From contig CAWJMG010000003.1 of the NCBI GenBank assembly GCA_963843975.1, positions 990,001 through 1,022,000 of the forward strand: a DNA stretch of 32,000 nt, read 5' to 3'. Below are positions 18,849-27,017 of the stretch, piece after piece. The position numbers and the translations under genes are program-made. How positions within the stretch are numbered: the stretch's first letter is position 1; each line of letters opens with the position of its first letter. This DNA comes from an uncultured Actinomycetes bacterium. GTDB taxonomy: Bacteria > Actinomycetota > Actinomycetes > S36-B12 > CAIYMF01. Below the pieces are notes generated by a model. It had not been told where the DNA came from and ran no database searches. It saw nothing but the letters and a program-made list of their open reading frames with translations.

Positions 18849-19115
18849 GGCTCCTCCTCGGGTGGTCGGGCACTCGCGTGCACCCTGTCCTATGGGTCTG
18901 AGGATAAGCAGCACGGGCCGATGTGGAAACCCAGAGTCCAGAAGTGGTCCTCGGAGTGTCGATCGGGCGACGTGCCGGAGTCGTCCTCGTACGGTCCATC
19001 GGCAGCATCCGGGGCCCACCTGAGACGAACCGGATCGGCCGAACGGGCCTACTGGAAGGACGATCCGGACGCCGACGGCGTTCCCCGGCGACCGGCTCCG
19101 GAGTACGGCGACCCC

Positions 19116-20454
19116 TCAGCCCCGGCCGGGGCGCGGGGCGACGGGCTGCTGGCCGCCGAACCCCTCGTGGCCGCCCTCGCCCGGCTCCTCCGGGCCGGGC
19201 ACGAGCCGGGCCGGGCGGATCGAGCCGCGGCCGAAGCGTGCCACGGCGCGGTCCATCGCCTGCTCGGCCTCCCGCCAGCCGACCTCGGGCTCGTCGAGCA
19301 GCATCTGGCGGGGCGCCTCCGCGGCCTCGAGCAGGCCCTCGACCTTCACCCCGACGAGACGCAGCCGCGCCCGCTGCAGGCCGAGGGCGTCGTAGAGGTC
19401 GCGCGCGGTGGCGTAGACCTCGCGGCCGACGTCGGTGTGCGAGCGCAGGGTGCGCGAGCGGGTGATGGTGGAGAAGTCGGCGAAGCGCACCTTGATCGAG
19501 ACCGTGCGCCCGGCGACCCCGGCCTGGCGCAGCCGCGAGGCGACCTTCTCCGACAGGCGCAGCAGCTCGCGGTGGATGACCTCGGGGTCGTCGACGTCGC
19601 GCGGGAACGTCTCCTCGTTGCTGATGCTCTTCTCGCCCTCGGGCATCTCGACGCTGCGCGGGTCGCGGCCCCAGGCGAGGGCCGCGAGGTGCTGCCCGGA
19701 CGAGGAGCCGAGGGCGCGCACGAGGGTGTCGACCGGCGTGTGCGCGATGTCGCCGACCGTGCGCAGCCCGAGCCGGGTGCAGCTGCTCCTCCGTCTTCTC
19801 CCCCACGCCCCAGAGCGCGCCGACCGGCAGCGGGTGCAGGAACGCCACGACGCGGTCGGCCGGCACGACGAGCAGCCCGTCGGGCTTGGCCTGGGTCGAG
19901 GCGAGCTTGGCGACGAACTTGGTCGAGGCGACCCCGACCGTGCAGGTGATGCCCTGCTCGTCGTGCACGCGGGAGCGGATCGCCTCGGCGATGACCGCCG
20001 GCGGGCCGAGCCGGCGGATGCTGCCGGACACGTCGAGGAACGCCTCGTCGAGCGAGAGCGGCTCGACGAGCGGCGTGACGTCGCGGAACACCGCCATCAC
20101 GCCGGCGGAGACCGCGGAGTAGAGCTCGAAGTCCGGCGGCAGCACGATCACCTGGGGGCACAGCCGCTTGGCCCGCGACATCGGCATCGCCGAGTGGACG
20201 CCGTACTTCCTCGCCTCGTACGTCGCGGCGGTGACGACGCCGCGCGAGCCCTCGCCGCCGACGATGACCGGCTTGCCCACGAGGTCGGGGCGGCTGCGCA
20301 GCTCGCAGGACGCGTAGAAGGCGTCCATGTCGACGTGCAGGATCGTGCAGCCGTCGTCCTCGCGGCGGCCGTCGTGCGCCACCCGGGAGTCGCCGCTGGC
20401 CGAGACGTCGGACTGGGTGATCCGTGCGCCACGGGTGATCTGGCTGCGGCTCAT
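19116..20454 (-). pseudogene. dinB: DNA polymerase IV (Y-family, DinB), reading frame broken by one extra base near 19775-19777
   Basis: The N-terminal part has [14 protein letters not shown] and [10 protein letters not shown] (catalytic carboxylates present) up to [13 protein letters not shown]. The rest ([26 protein letters not shown]... plus the little finger) continues in the +1 frame as track ORF 19116..19721. Removing one C from CACCCGG restores about 445 aa. Confidence 0.88.
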
Positions 20455-20530
20455 CGCCCCCGCCTCCCTGCGCGCTGCACGGGCCCATCATGCGCCCCCG
20501 CACCCACGGACCACGTCACCCTCGGGGTCA

Positions 20531-20575
20531 CGCCGTGCTGCCTCACGCTGTGCCGCCTCACGCTGTGCCGCCTCA
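20531..20575 (-). repeat. 3 x 15-nt tandem repeat starting at the dnaE2 stop codon
   Basis: The minus strand reads TGAGGCGGCACAGCG TGAGGCGGCACAGCG TGAGGCAGCACGGCG, then TGACCCCGAGGG TGA. That makes five in-frame TGA codons (plus-strand tca at 20573, 20558, 20543, 20528, 20516). Confidence 0.85.
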
Positions 20576-23500
20576 CCACCCCGAGCTGCCCGGGCTCGAG
20601 TGCCAGAGCTTGCTCGGCGCGTCCTTCTTCTCCTTCGTGCGTTCCTTCTCGGCGCCCGCCTGGCTGCGGGTGTCGGCGGCGTCGACGCCCTGGGGCTTGA
20701 TGTCGGCGTACGGCGACTGCTTGAACCCGCTCGCGTGCACCAGGACCCGGCGCACCCGCTCCTCGCCGGAGAGCTCCGAGCCCCGCTGGCCCATGCCGCC
20801 CGCGGCCGGGCCCGCACCACCCGACGACGACGCGGCCGCGCCGAGCCCGCCCGGGCCGCCGTACTGCGCGCCCTGGGCGGCGGCGGGCACCACCGCGACC
20901 GGGCGGGTCGAGCGGCTGCCCGCGCGCCCGGCGACCGCGGCCTCGTCGGAGTCGTCGCGGGTGCCGCCGTCGTCGAGCAGCGCGGCGACGGCGGGCAGGC
21001 CGCCCGCGCGCCAGGCGTCGTGCACGACACCGAGCTCCCACGCGCCGGTGGCGCGCAGCGAGATGCCGCGCGGGCCGGTGCGCCGGATCACCCCGCGCAC
21101 GAGCAGCAGCCACGACCCGAACACCGTGGCGGCGTACGGGCCCTGGGCGTCCTCGAAGAACGTGGCGTCGACCGGGCCGGTGGAGTCGTCGAGGGTGAGG
21201 AACACGACGCGCCGCCCCGAGCGCACCGGCGGGGTCTGGGTGGCGACCTTCACGCCTGCCACGAGCACCTCGGACTGGCTGCGGCGCCCGAGCAGGTCGC
21301 GCGAGCGTGCGACACCGAGCGCGTCGAGCATCGGGGCGTAGAAGTCCACGAGGTGCCGGCTCGCGTCGAGGCCGAGCACCTCGAGCTCGGCGCGGACGCG
21401 CTCGGCGTCGGTCATCTCGGGCAGGCCGCTCGGAGCCACCTCCCCCGGCGCGTCGCCGAGGTCGAGGGCGAGCTGCACGTCGAGGTCGGCGGCGGCCGTG
21501 GCGGTGGCCGGGCCCTGCGCCTGACGACGGGCGGCGCCGACGGTGTCGAGGCGCGCGTCGACGGTGACGCCGACCGGGACCCCCGTGGGCCCCAGCGGGA
21601 GGTCGCGCCGCTTGCCGGCCGAACGCGGCGCGGCGGCCTTGGCCGCGCGGGTGGTGGCGCGGGTGTGCCGGTCGAGGTCGGCCACCTGCAGCAGGAGGTC
21701 GCGCCGGGTCACCCGGCCGCGGCGGCGCACCGGGCTCGACAGGCCGATGCCGTAGAGGGAGTCGAAGGCGCCCGCCACCACGAGCCGCTCGACGACCGGG
21801 CGCGAGACCCGGGCGCGGGTCCAGAAGTCCGAGAGCGAGCCGTACGGCCGGCCCGCCACGATCCGCTCGACCTCGGCGGCGTTGATGCCCTTGACGTCGG
21901 CGAGCGAGAGCCGGATGCCGTACGCCGACCCGTCGGGCAGGCCCGGCACGTCGGGACCGCGGCGCGGCCGCTCGTCGAGGATCTCCGGCGGCGGCTCGTC
22001 GTACGGCGAGACCTTCTCGACGGTGTACGTGCCGCCGGAGGCGTTGACGTCGAGGCCGAGCACCGCGATGCCGAGGTTGCGCGCGTCGTCGAGGATCAGC
22101 CGCTTCGGGTACATGCCCGGGTCGTGGGTGAGCACGCCGGCGAGGAACGCCGCCGGGTGGTGGGCCTTGAGCCAGGCCGAGTGGTACGTCGGCAGCGCGA
22201 ACGCCGCGGCGTGCGCCTTGCAGAAGCCGAAGGAGGCGAACGCCTTGAGCACCTCCCACACCTTCTCGGTGGTGACGAGGTCGTAGCCCTGCGCGCGGGC
22301 GGCCGGATAGAACCACGCGCGGACCTCCTGCTGGCCCTCGGGCGAGCCCATGCTGCGGCGCACCTCGTCGGCCTCGGCGAGGGTGCAGCCGGTCATGACC
22401 GCGACGATGCGCAGCACCTGCTCGTGGAACACCACGACGCCGTAGGTCTCCTCGAGCGAGGCCCGGAGGTCGTCGTGCAGGTAGACCGGCGCGTTCCAGC
22501 CCTGCCGGGCACGCAGGAACGGCGTGACCATGTCGGACTTCACCGGGCCCGGGCGGAACAGCGAGATGTCGGTGATGAGGTCGCCGAAGGTCTCGGGCGC
22601 GAACTTCCCGACGAGCTCGCGCTGGCCCGGCGACTCGATCTGGAAGCAGCCGAGGGTGTGCGCGGACTGGATGAGCGCGAAGGTCGCGGGGTCGTCGTGC
22701 GGCACGGCGTCGAGGTCGACCTGCTCGCCGTCGACCCGTTCGATCTCGGTGAGGGCGTACGCCATCGAGGACTGCATGCGGATGCCGAGGACGTCGAGCT
22801 TGAGCAGGCCGAGCTCCTCGACCTCGTCCTTGTCGAACTGGCTCATGGGGAAGCCCATCCAGCTGGCCTCGACCGGGGTGCGGTCCAGCAGTGTGGCGTC
22901 CGAGAGCAGCACGCCGCACGGGTGCAGCGCGATGTGGCGCGGCAGGCCGTCGAGCGCCTCGACGAGGGTGAGGAAGCCGTCGAGCTCGCCGCGTGCCGCG
23001 AGCCGGCCGAGGCCCGAGGAGCGCAGCTCGGGCAGCTCCTGCAGCGCCGCCCGGGCATCGCGCGCGCGGATGTGCGGGAACGCGGTGGCGAACGCGTCGA
23101 TCTCGCCGGGCGGCATGCCGAGCGCGGCCCCGACGTCGCGGACGGCGTGCCGCACGCGGTAGGTGTCGCGCATCGACACGCACGCGCAGCGCTCGCCGCC
23201 GAACCGCTCGAGGATCCGCTCGTACACCTCGGTGCGGCGCGCGGACTCGACGTCGACGTCGATGTCGGGCAGGGCCCGGCGCAGCGGTGACAGGAACCGC
23301 TCCATGAGCAGGCCGTGGGCGAGCGGGTCGACGCCGGAGATGCCGAGCAGGTGGTTGACGAGGCTGCCCGCACCCGAGCCGCGCGCGGCCACCCGGACGT
23401 CCATCCCCTTGATGAGGTCGACGACCTCGCCGACGGTGAGGAAGTAGCCGGCGAACCCGAGCACCGCGATGGTCTCGAGCTCGGCGTCGAGCCGCTCGCG

Positions 23501-24823
23501 CGCCTGCCGCGCGCGGTCGCCGCGGGTGCGCTGGGTGCGCGGGAGGTAGTCGGTGAGCGCGGCCTCGCACCGGGCGCGCAGGTGGCGGTCGGCCTCGAGC
23601 GCCTCGGCCGCGAGCGCCGCTGGGCCGCGGTCGCGGACCGCGCTGCTGCGCTCCGCCGTACGGGCAGGCAGGAGCAGGTCGAGCTCGGGCACGTGCACCT
23701 CGCCGATCCCGAGGTCGGCGACGGGGTCGAGCCGGCACGCCTCGGCCAGGGTGCGGGTGTCGGCGAGGAGGCGGTCGACCTCGCGCTGCTCGGTGCTGCC
23801 CGCGGCCGTGCCCGAGATCCGCACGACCTCACGGGCGACCTGCTCCATCCGCAGCCCGTCGGCGAGGTGGCCCTCGCCGTTGGCGCGGTCGAGGTGGCGG
23901 GAGTCGAGCGGGACGAGCCGGCGGATCGCGTCGAGGACGTCGACCACCGGGGCCTGGTCGCGCTCGGCGTGCCGCACCGCGTTGGTCAGCACCGCGGGCA
24001 GGTCGTGCTCGCGGGCGAAGGCGAGCATCCGCGCGGCGAACGCCGAGGAGTAGGGCAGTCCGCGGGTGCGGGCCCCCGACAGGTCGGCGGCCGCGGTGGC
24101 GGAGTCGCGCGCGCGGTGGCTCACCACCTCGATCGCGAGCCGCCGGCCGAACGCCGCCCGCCATGGCGCGAGGGCGACGAGGGCGACGTCCGGACGCCGG
24201 CGCGCGAGCGCGCGACCGACCTCGGACTCGGGACCGAGCAGCACGACGAGGCCGTCGGCGTGCCGCGCGACGACCTCGACCGTGGTGACCGGTGCCCCGC
24301 GCACGGCCTGCTCCCCCGGCAGCGCGTCGGAGCCGAGGCCGAGGTGCGCGGCGGACACGAGCCGGCACAGCGACGCCCAGCCGGTGCGGCCGCGCGCGAG
24401 CAGCACGACGCGTGGGTGCCGCGGATCGACCTCGGCGCCGCCGCGCGCGGGGGTGCGTCGTGCGGGCGGACCCCCGGTGCGGTCGGTGCGGTCGGTGCGC
24501 TCGGCGAGGGTGGGGCCCGAGCCGAGCCGGCCCGCGCCGGTGCGCTGCACCCGCGACCCGAGCGACCCGCGGCCGACGCCGAGGACGGGCACCTCGAGGT
24601 CGGGGCGCACGGCGAGGTCGAGGCCGAGGATCGGCGTGATCCCGGCGTCGCGGCAGGCCAGGACGAAGCGGACCGCGCCGTACAGGCCGTCGCGGTCGGT
24701 GAGGGCGAGGGAGTCCTGCCCGAGGTCGGCCGCCCGCGCCACGAGCGCGGCCGGGCTGCTCGCGCCGTGACGCAGGGAGTAGCCGGAGGCGACGTGGAGG
24801 TGGACGAAGGGGTCGCCGGCCAC
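20573..24823 (-). CDS. dnaE2: Error-prone DNA polymerase III alpha-type subunit DnaE2
   Basis: 1416-aa ORF with GTG start. The PHP N-terminus is FVHLHVASGYSLRHG, the pol III alpha core is intact, and the C-terminal tail is VHASGFKQSPYADIKP...KLWHSSPGSSGW, as in DnaE2/ImuC proteins. Confidence 0.93.
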   Translation of the reverse strand: MAGDPFVHLHVASGYSLRHGASSPAALVARAADLGQDSLALTDRDGLYGAVRFVLACRDAGITPILGLDLAVRPDLEVPVLGVGRGSLGSRVQRTGAGRLGSGPTLAERTDRTDRTGGPPARRTPARGGAEVDPRHPRVVLLARGRTGWASLCRLVSAAHLGLGSDALPGEQAVRGAPVTTVEVVARHADGLVVLLGPESEVGRALARRRPDVALVALAPWRAAFGRRLAIEVVSHRARDSATAAADLSGARTRGLPYSSAFAARMLAFAREHDLPAVLTNAVRHAERDQAPVVDVLDAIRRLVPLDSRHLDRANGEGHLADGLRMEQVAREVVRISGTAAGSTEQREVDRLLADTRTLAEACRLDPVADLGIGEVHVPELDLLLPARTAERSSAVRDRGPAALAAEALEADRHLRARCEAALTDYLPRTQRTRGDRARQARERLDAELETIAVLGFAGYFLTVGEVVDLIKGMDVRVAARGSGAGSLVNHLLGISGVDPLAHGLLMERFLSPLRRALPDIDVDVESARRTEVYERILERFGGERCACVSMRDTYRVRHAVRDVGAALGMPPGEIDAFATAFPHIRARDARAALQELPELRSSGLGRLAARGELDGFLTLVEALDGLPRHIALHPCGVLLSDATLLDRTPVEASWMGFPMSQFDKDEVEELGLLKLDVLGIRMQSSMAYALTEIERVDGEQVDLDAVPHDDPATFALIQSAHTLGCFQIESPGQRELVGKFAPETFGDLITDISLFRPGPVKSDMVTPFLRARQGWNAPVYLHDDLRASLEETYGVVVFHEQVLRIVAVMTGCTLAEADEVRRSMGSPEGQQEVRAWFYPAARAQGYDLVTTEKVWEVLKAFASFGFCKAHAAAFALPTYHSAWLKAHHPAAFLAGVLTHDPGMYPKRLILDDARNLGIAVLGLDVNASGGTYTVEKVSPYDEPPPEILDERPRRGPDVPGLPDGSAYGIRLSLADVKGINAAEVERIVAGRPYGSLSDFWTRARVSRPVVERLVVAGAFDSLYGIGLSSPVRRRGRVTRRDLLLQVADLDRHTRATTRAAKAAAPRSAGKRRDLPLGPTGVPVGVTVDARLDTVGAARRQAQGPATATAAADLDVQLALDLGDAPGEVAPSGLPEMTDAERVRAELEVLGLDASRHLVDFYAPMLDALGVARSRDLLGRRSQSEVLVAGVKVATQTPPVRSGRRVVFLTLDDSTGPVDATFFEDAQGPYAATVFGSWLLLVRGVIRRTGPRGISLRATGAWELGVVHDAWRAGGLPAVAALLDDGGTRDDSDEAAVAGRAGSRSTRPVAVVPAAAQGAQYGGPGGLGAAASSSGGAGPAAGGMGQRGSELSGEERVRRVLVHASGFKQSPYADIKPQGVDAADTRSQAGAEKERTKEKKDAPSKLWHSSPGSSGW

Positions 24824-24826
24824 GGA

Positions 24827-25514
24827 CTAGGACGCTGCTGCGGAGGGACCGCCGAGCAGTGGCTGGTGCGGCACGCCGAGCAGCCGGGCGACGCGGGCGA
24901 GGAACGCCTCGGAGTCGCGGACGAGGTCGTCGGCCTCGCGCTCGCTGACGACGCCGCGCAGCCCGGCCTCGGCCGCCGCGCGCTTGGCCGCGCCGGCGGC
25001 GAAGAACTGCGCCCACTCGCCGAGGCTCGGGCGCGACCTCGGCGAGCAGCACCCAGGCGCTGCGCAGCCGGGCCGAGCGCTTGCCCCGCGGACGGGCCCG
25101 GGCCGCGAGGACCGCAGCCGCAGCGCGGAGGGCGGCGAGGTGGGCACGCGCGTAGCGCAGACCGGTGTCGTCGGTGGAGCCGGCGGCGAGCAGCTCGCGG
25201 GCGGCACCGGCGAGCAGGTCGCGGCTCGCGACCGGCACGACCGCCGGCGGCTGGACCGGGGCGGGCGGGGCCGGAGTCACGACCACAGCGGGCTGGGCGG
25301 GGGCGGGGGCCTCCCGCGGGGTCTCGGCGAGTGCGGTCATGGCGGCTCCTCCCGGGGTCGGTGCGTCAGGGACGGTGGTCGGGACGGTCTCGGTGATCAG
25401 GGGCTCGGTGAGGACGAGCTGCAGGGGGCGGCCGGCCGGGCGCGGGCGGACCGGACGGGCCGGTGCCGGGCTGCGCCGGGCGTGAACGCCGCTGCGGGTG
25501 CGGGTGCTGGACAT
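24827..25514 (-). pseudogene. HEPN-like small protein (resembles the actinobacterial SAV_6107-type family), frame broken by one extra base near 25024-25025
   Basis: The ATG at 25514 has GGAGG 5 nt upstream and lies 12 nt after the previous stop. An alternative ATG is at 25340 (GGGAGGAG). Frame A reads ...RYARAHLAALRAAAAVLAARARP...AWVLLAEVAPE. It continues in another frame as LGEWAQFFAAGAAKRAAAEAGLRGVVSEREADDLVRDSEAFL.... The R-x4-H motif is RYARAH. The TAG stop lies 3 nt before the dnaE2 GTG. Confidence 0.7.
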
Positions 25515-25526
25515 CGGGACCTCCGA

Positions 25527-26012
25527 TCAGTCGAGGGTGCGCGCAAGGCGCCACCGGGCGGGGACGGGCGGGGCGGGCACGGGCTCCTCGAGCCGGGCGA
25601 CCGCGGCGGCCGGGACGTCGCGCACGAGGTCGTACACGCCGACCGAGGACGAGCGGCCCGCCCGCGCCTCGACCCGCCAGACCTCGCGCTCCACGGCACC
25701 GACGTCGAACGCGACCGAGCGCCGCTCGGGCTCCCGGGCATCGGCGGCCTCGACGGACTCGGCCGCTCCTCGGTCCTGCGCGACCCCGGCGCCGACGGGC
25801 GCCGGCCGCCTGCGGCGGCTGCCGGGCCCCGCCCACCAGGTGCCGAGCTCGATCCAGTGCGCGAGCACCGCGCGGACGACGTAGAGCCGGCCGCGCCAGA
25901 GGAACTGGTGCGGGACGGTGCCACCCGGCAGGTCCGGAAGTCCGGACGGGTCGTGCAGGTCGGACGGGTCGGGCGCCGTGCGGACCTCGATGGCCTCGCC
26001 GTAGGTGCGCAT
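25527..26012 (-). CDS. Small conserved hypothetical protein (recalled as DUF6504-like)
   Basis: The ATG at 26012 has GGAGGAG upstream. The sequence is MRTYGEAIEV...PHQFLWRGRLYVVRAVLAHWIELGTWW...EREVWRVEARAG...GVYDLV...RWRLARTLD. 161 aa. The family name is from memory and unverified. Confidence 0.68.
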   Translation of the reverse strand: MRTYGEAIEVRTAPDPSDLHDPSGLPDLPGGTVPHQFLWRGRLYVVRAVLAHWIELGTWWAGPGSRRRRPAPVGAGVAQDRGAAESVEAADAREPERRSVAFDVGAVEREVWRVEARAGRSSSVGVYDLVRDVPAAAVARLEEPVPAPPVPARWRLARTLD

Positions 26013-26297
26013 GGCGTCTCCTCCCCGGCCCAGGCGGGCACGGTGCTGGCTGGCTGGCGCGTGCCCGGACGGGCGGCGCAGCCGGTCGGGGGAGGCGACC
26101 GGCGGGCACCCGGCCCCGCCCTCGGGCCCGGCGCTTCCCCACGCCGAGGCCTGATGCGGGACCGACGGTGGGCCTGCGAGGACCGCGAGCTCCCCACAGG
26201 CCCACCGTGCCTCGTCGCGGCGGCCGCGAATCCGCCGCGCCGTGGCTGGTGGTGCCCGTCGTCCGCACCGGTGGCCCGACCCTCCCGCGAGAGAGGA

Positions 26298-26313
26298 TCG
26301 AACACCTGTACGA
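26298..26313. promoter_or_regulatory. LexA (SOS/Cheo) box-like palindrome
   Basis: TCGAAC-ACCT-GTACGA versus the actinobacterial consensus TCGAAC-N4-GTTCGA, matching 11 of 12 specified positions. It lies in the divergent region between the DnaE2 cassette and the ybaK-like gene. Confidence 0.5.
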
Positions 26314-26413
26314 ACAGAACCCACCGTAGCCCCCACCCCCGACAGCGCGTCAAGCCCCGTCCTGCCCGGCGTGCAGGCAGACGCTGCCGCCGCCCACCCC
26401 TACGCTCTCGGCC

Positions 26414-27011
26414 ATGGATCCCCAGAGCCACGAGGGCCACGAGAGCGACGACGGCGTCCACGACACCGAGCCCCCGCACGCCGGGGTCCACGCCGACGGC
26501 ACGCTCGCCGTCGCCGCACCCGACCTCACGGGCCTGCACCCCAACGCCGTCACGGTCGCCCAGGCCCTCGCCGGGCTCGGTGTGGCGGGCACGGTCCGCG
26601 AGCTCGCCGAGGCCGCTCCCACCGCTGCCACCGCCGCCGCCCAGCTCGGGGTCACGGTCGGCGCGATCGCCAACTCCCTGGTGTTCGACGCCGACGGCCA
26701 GCCGCTGCTCGTGCTCACCTCCGGCGCGCACCGTGCCGACACCCTCGCGCTCGCCGGCCTCGTCGGCGCCTCGCAGGTCAAGCGCGCGACCCCGGAGTTC
26801 GTCCGCCAGCACACCGGCCAGCCGATCGGCGGCGTCGCACCCGTCGGCCACCCGCACCCGCTGCGCACGGTCGTCGACGTCGAGCTTCTCGCGGCACGAC
26901 GTCGTCTGGGCGGCCGGCGGCCACCCGCACTACGTCTTCCCCACCAGCTACGACGAGCTGCTGCGCATCACCGCCGGCGAGGCCGCCGAGGTGGGCGAGG
27001 GCAAGGCCTGA
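26414..27011 (+). pseudogene. YbaK/EbsC-type aminoacyl-tRNA editing (deacylase) domain protein, frame broken by one extra base near 26885-26895
   Basis: Frame A reads ...AIANSLVFDADGQPLLVLTSGAHRADT...IGGVAPVGHPHPLRTVVDVEL. The conserved C-terminus HDVVWAAGGHPHYVFPTSYDELLRITAGE continues in the +1 frame, which is the tail of track ORF 24984..27011. Confidence 0.75.
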
Positions 27012-27017
27012 CGCGCG

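Noticed and set aside
18884-19115. Possible tRNA, sRNA or small gene in the lower-GC 230-bp gap between dinB and the DUF3040 gene. It contains GTGG motifs 21 nt apart and an 8-bp inverted repeat (19030-19037 / 19061-19068).
   Set aside because: There is no T-loop (GGTTCGA-type) or cloverleaf, and no ORF with an SD or high GC3. The inverted repeat has a 23-nt loop. It most likely holds the DUF3040 promoter and the dinB 3' UTR.
19765-19790. Programmed ribosomal frameshifting as the explanation for the four broken genes
   Set aside because: All four would need a +1 shift. None of the sites has a known slippery or hungry-codon context (for example a CUU UGA-type site) or a stimulatory SD or structure, and the four sites share no motif. 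An indel, whether a real mutation or a sequencing error, is the simpler explanation.
18316-20454. 712-aa ORF taken as a giant DinB fusion (likewise 23829..25514, 24984..27011 and 27524..29155)
   Set aside because: After the recognisable N-terminal domain each continues as Arg/Pro/Ala low-complexity. The genuine conserved continuation sits in a neighbouring frame. These are read-throughs created by one-base frameshifts.
20455-20572. ImuB-type (catalytically dead) identity for the Y-family gene, or an SOS box in the dnaE2-dinB spacer
   Set aside because: The protein retains the DxD and DE catalytic residues, so it is DinB-like rather than ImuB-like. I could find no GAAC-N4-GTTC-like sequence in the spacer.
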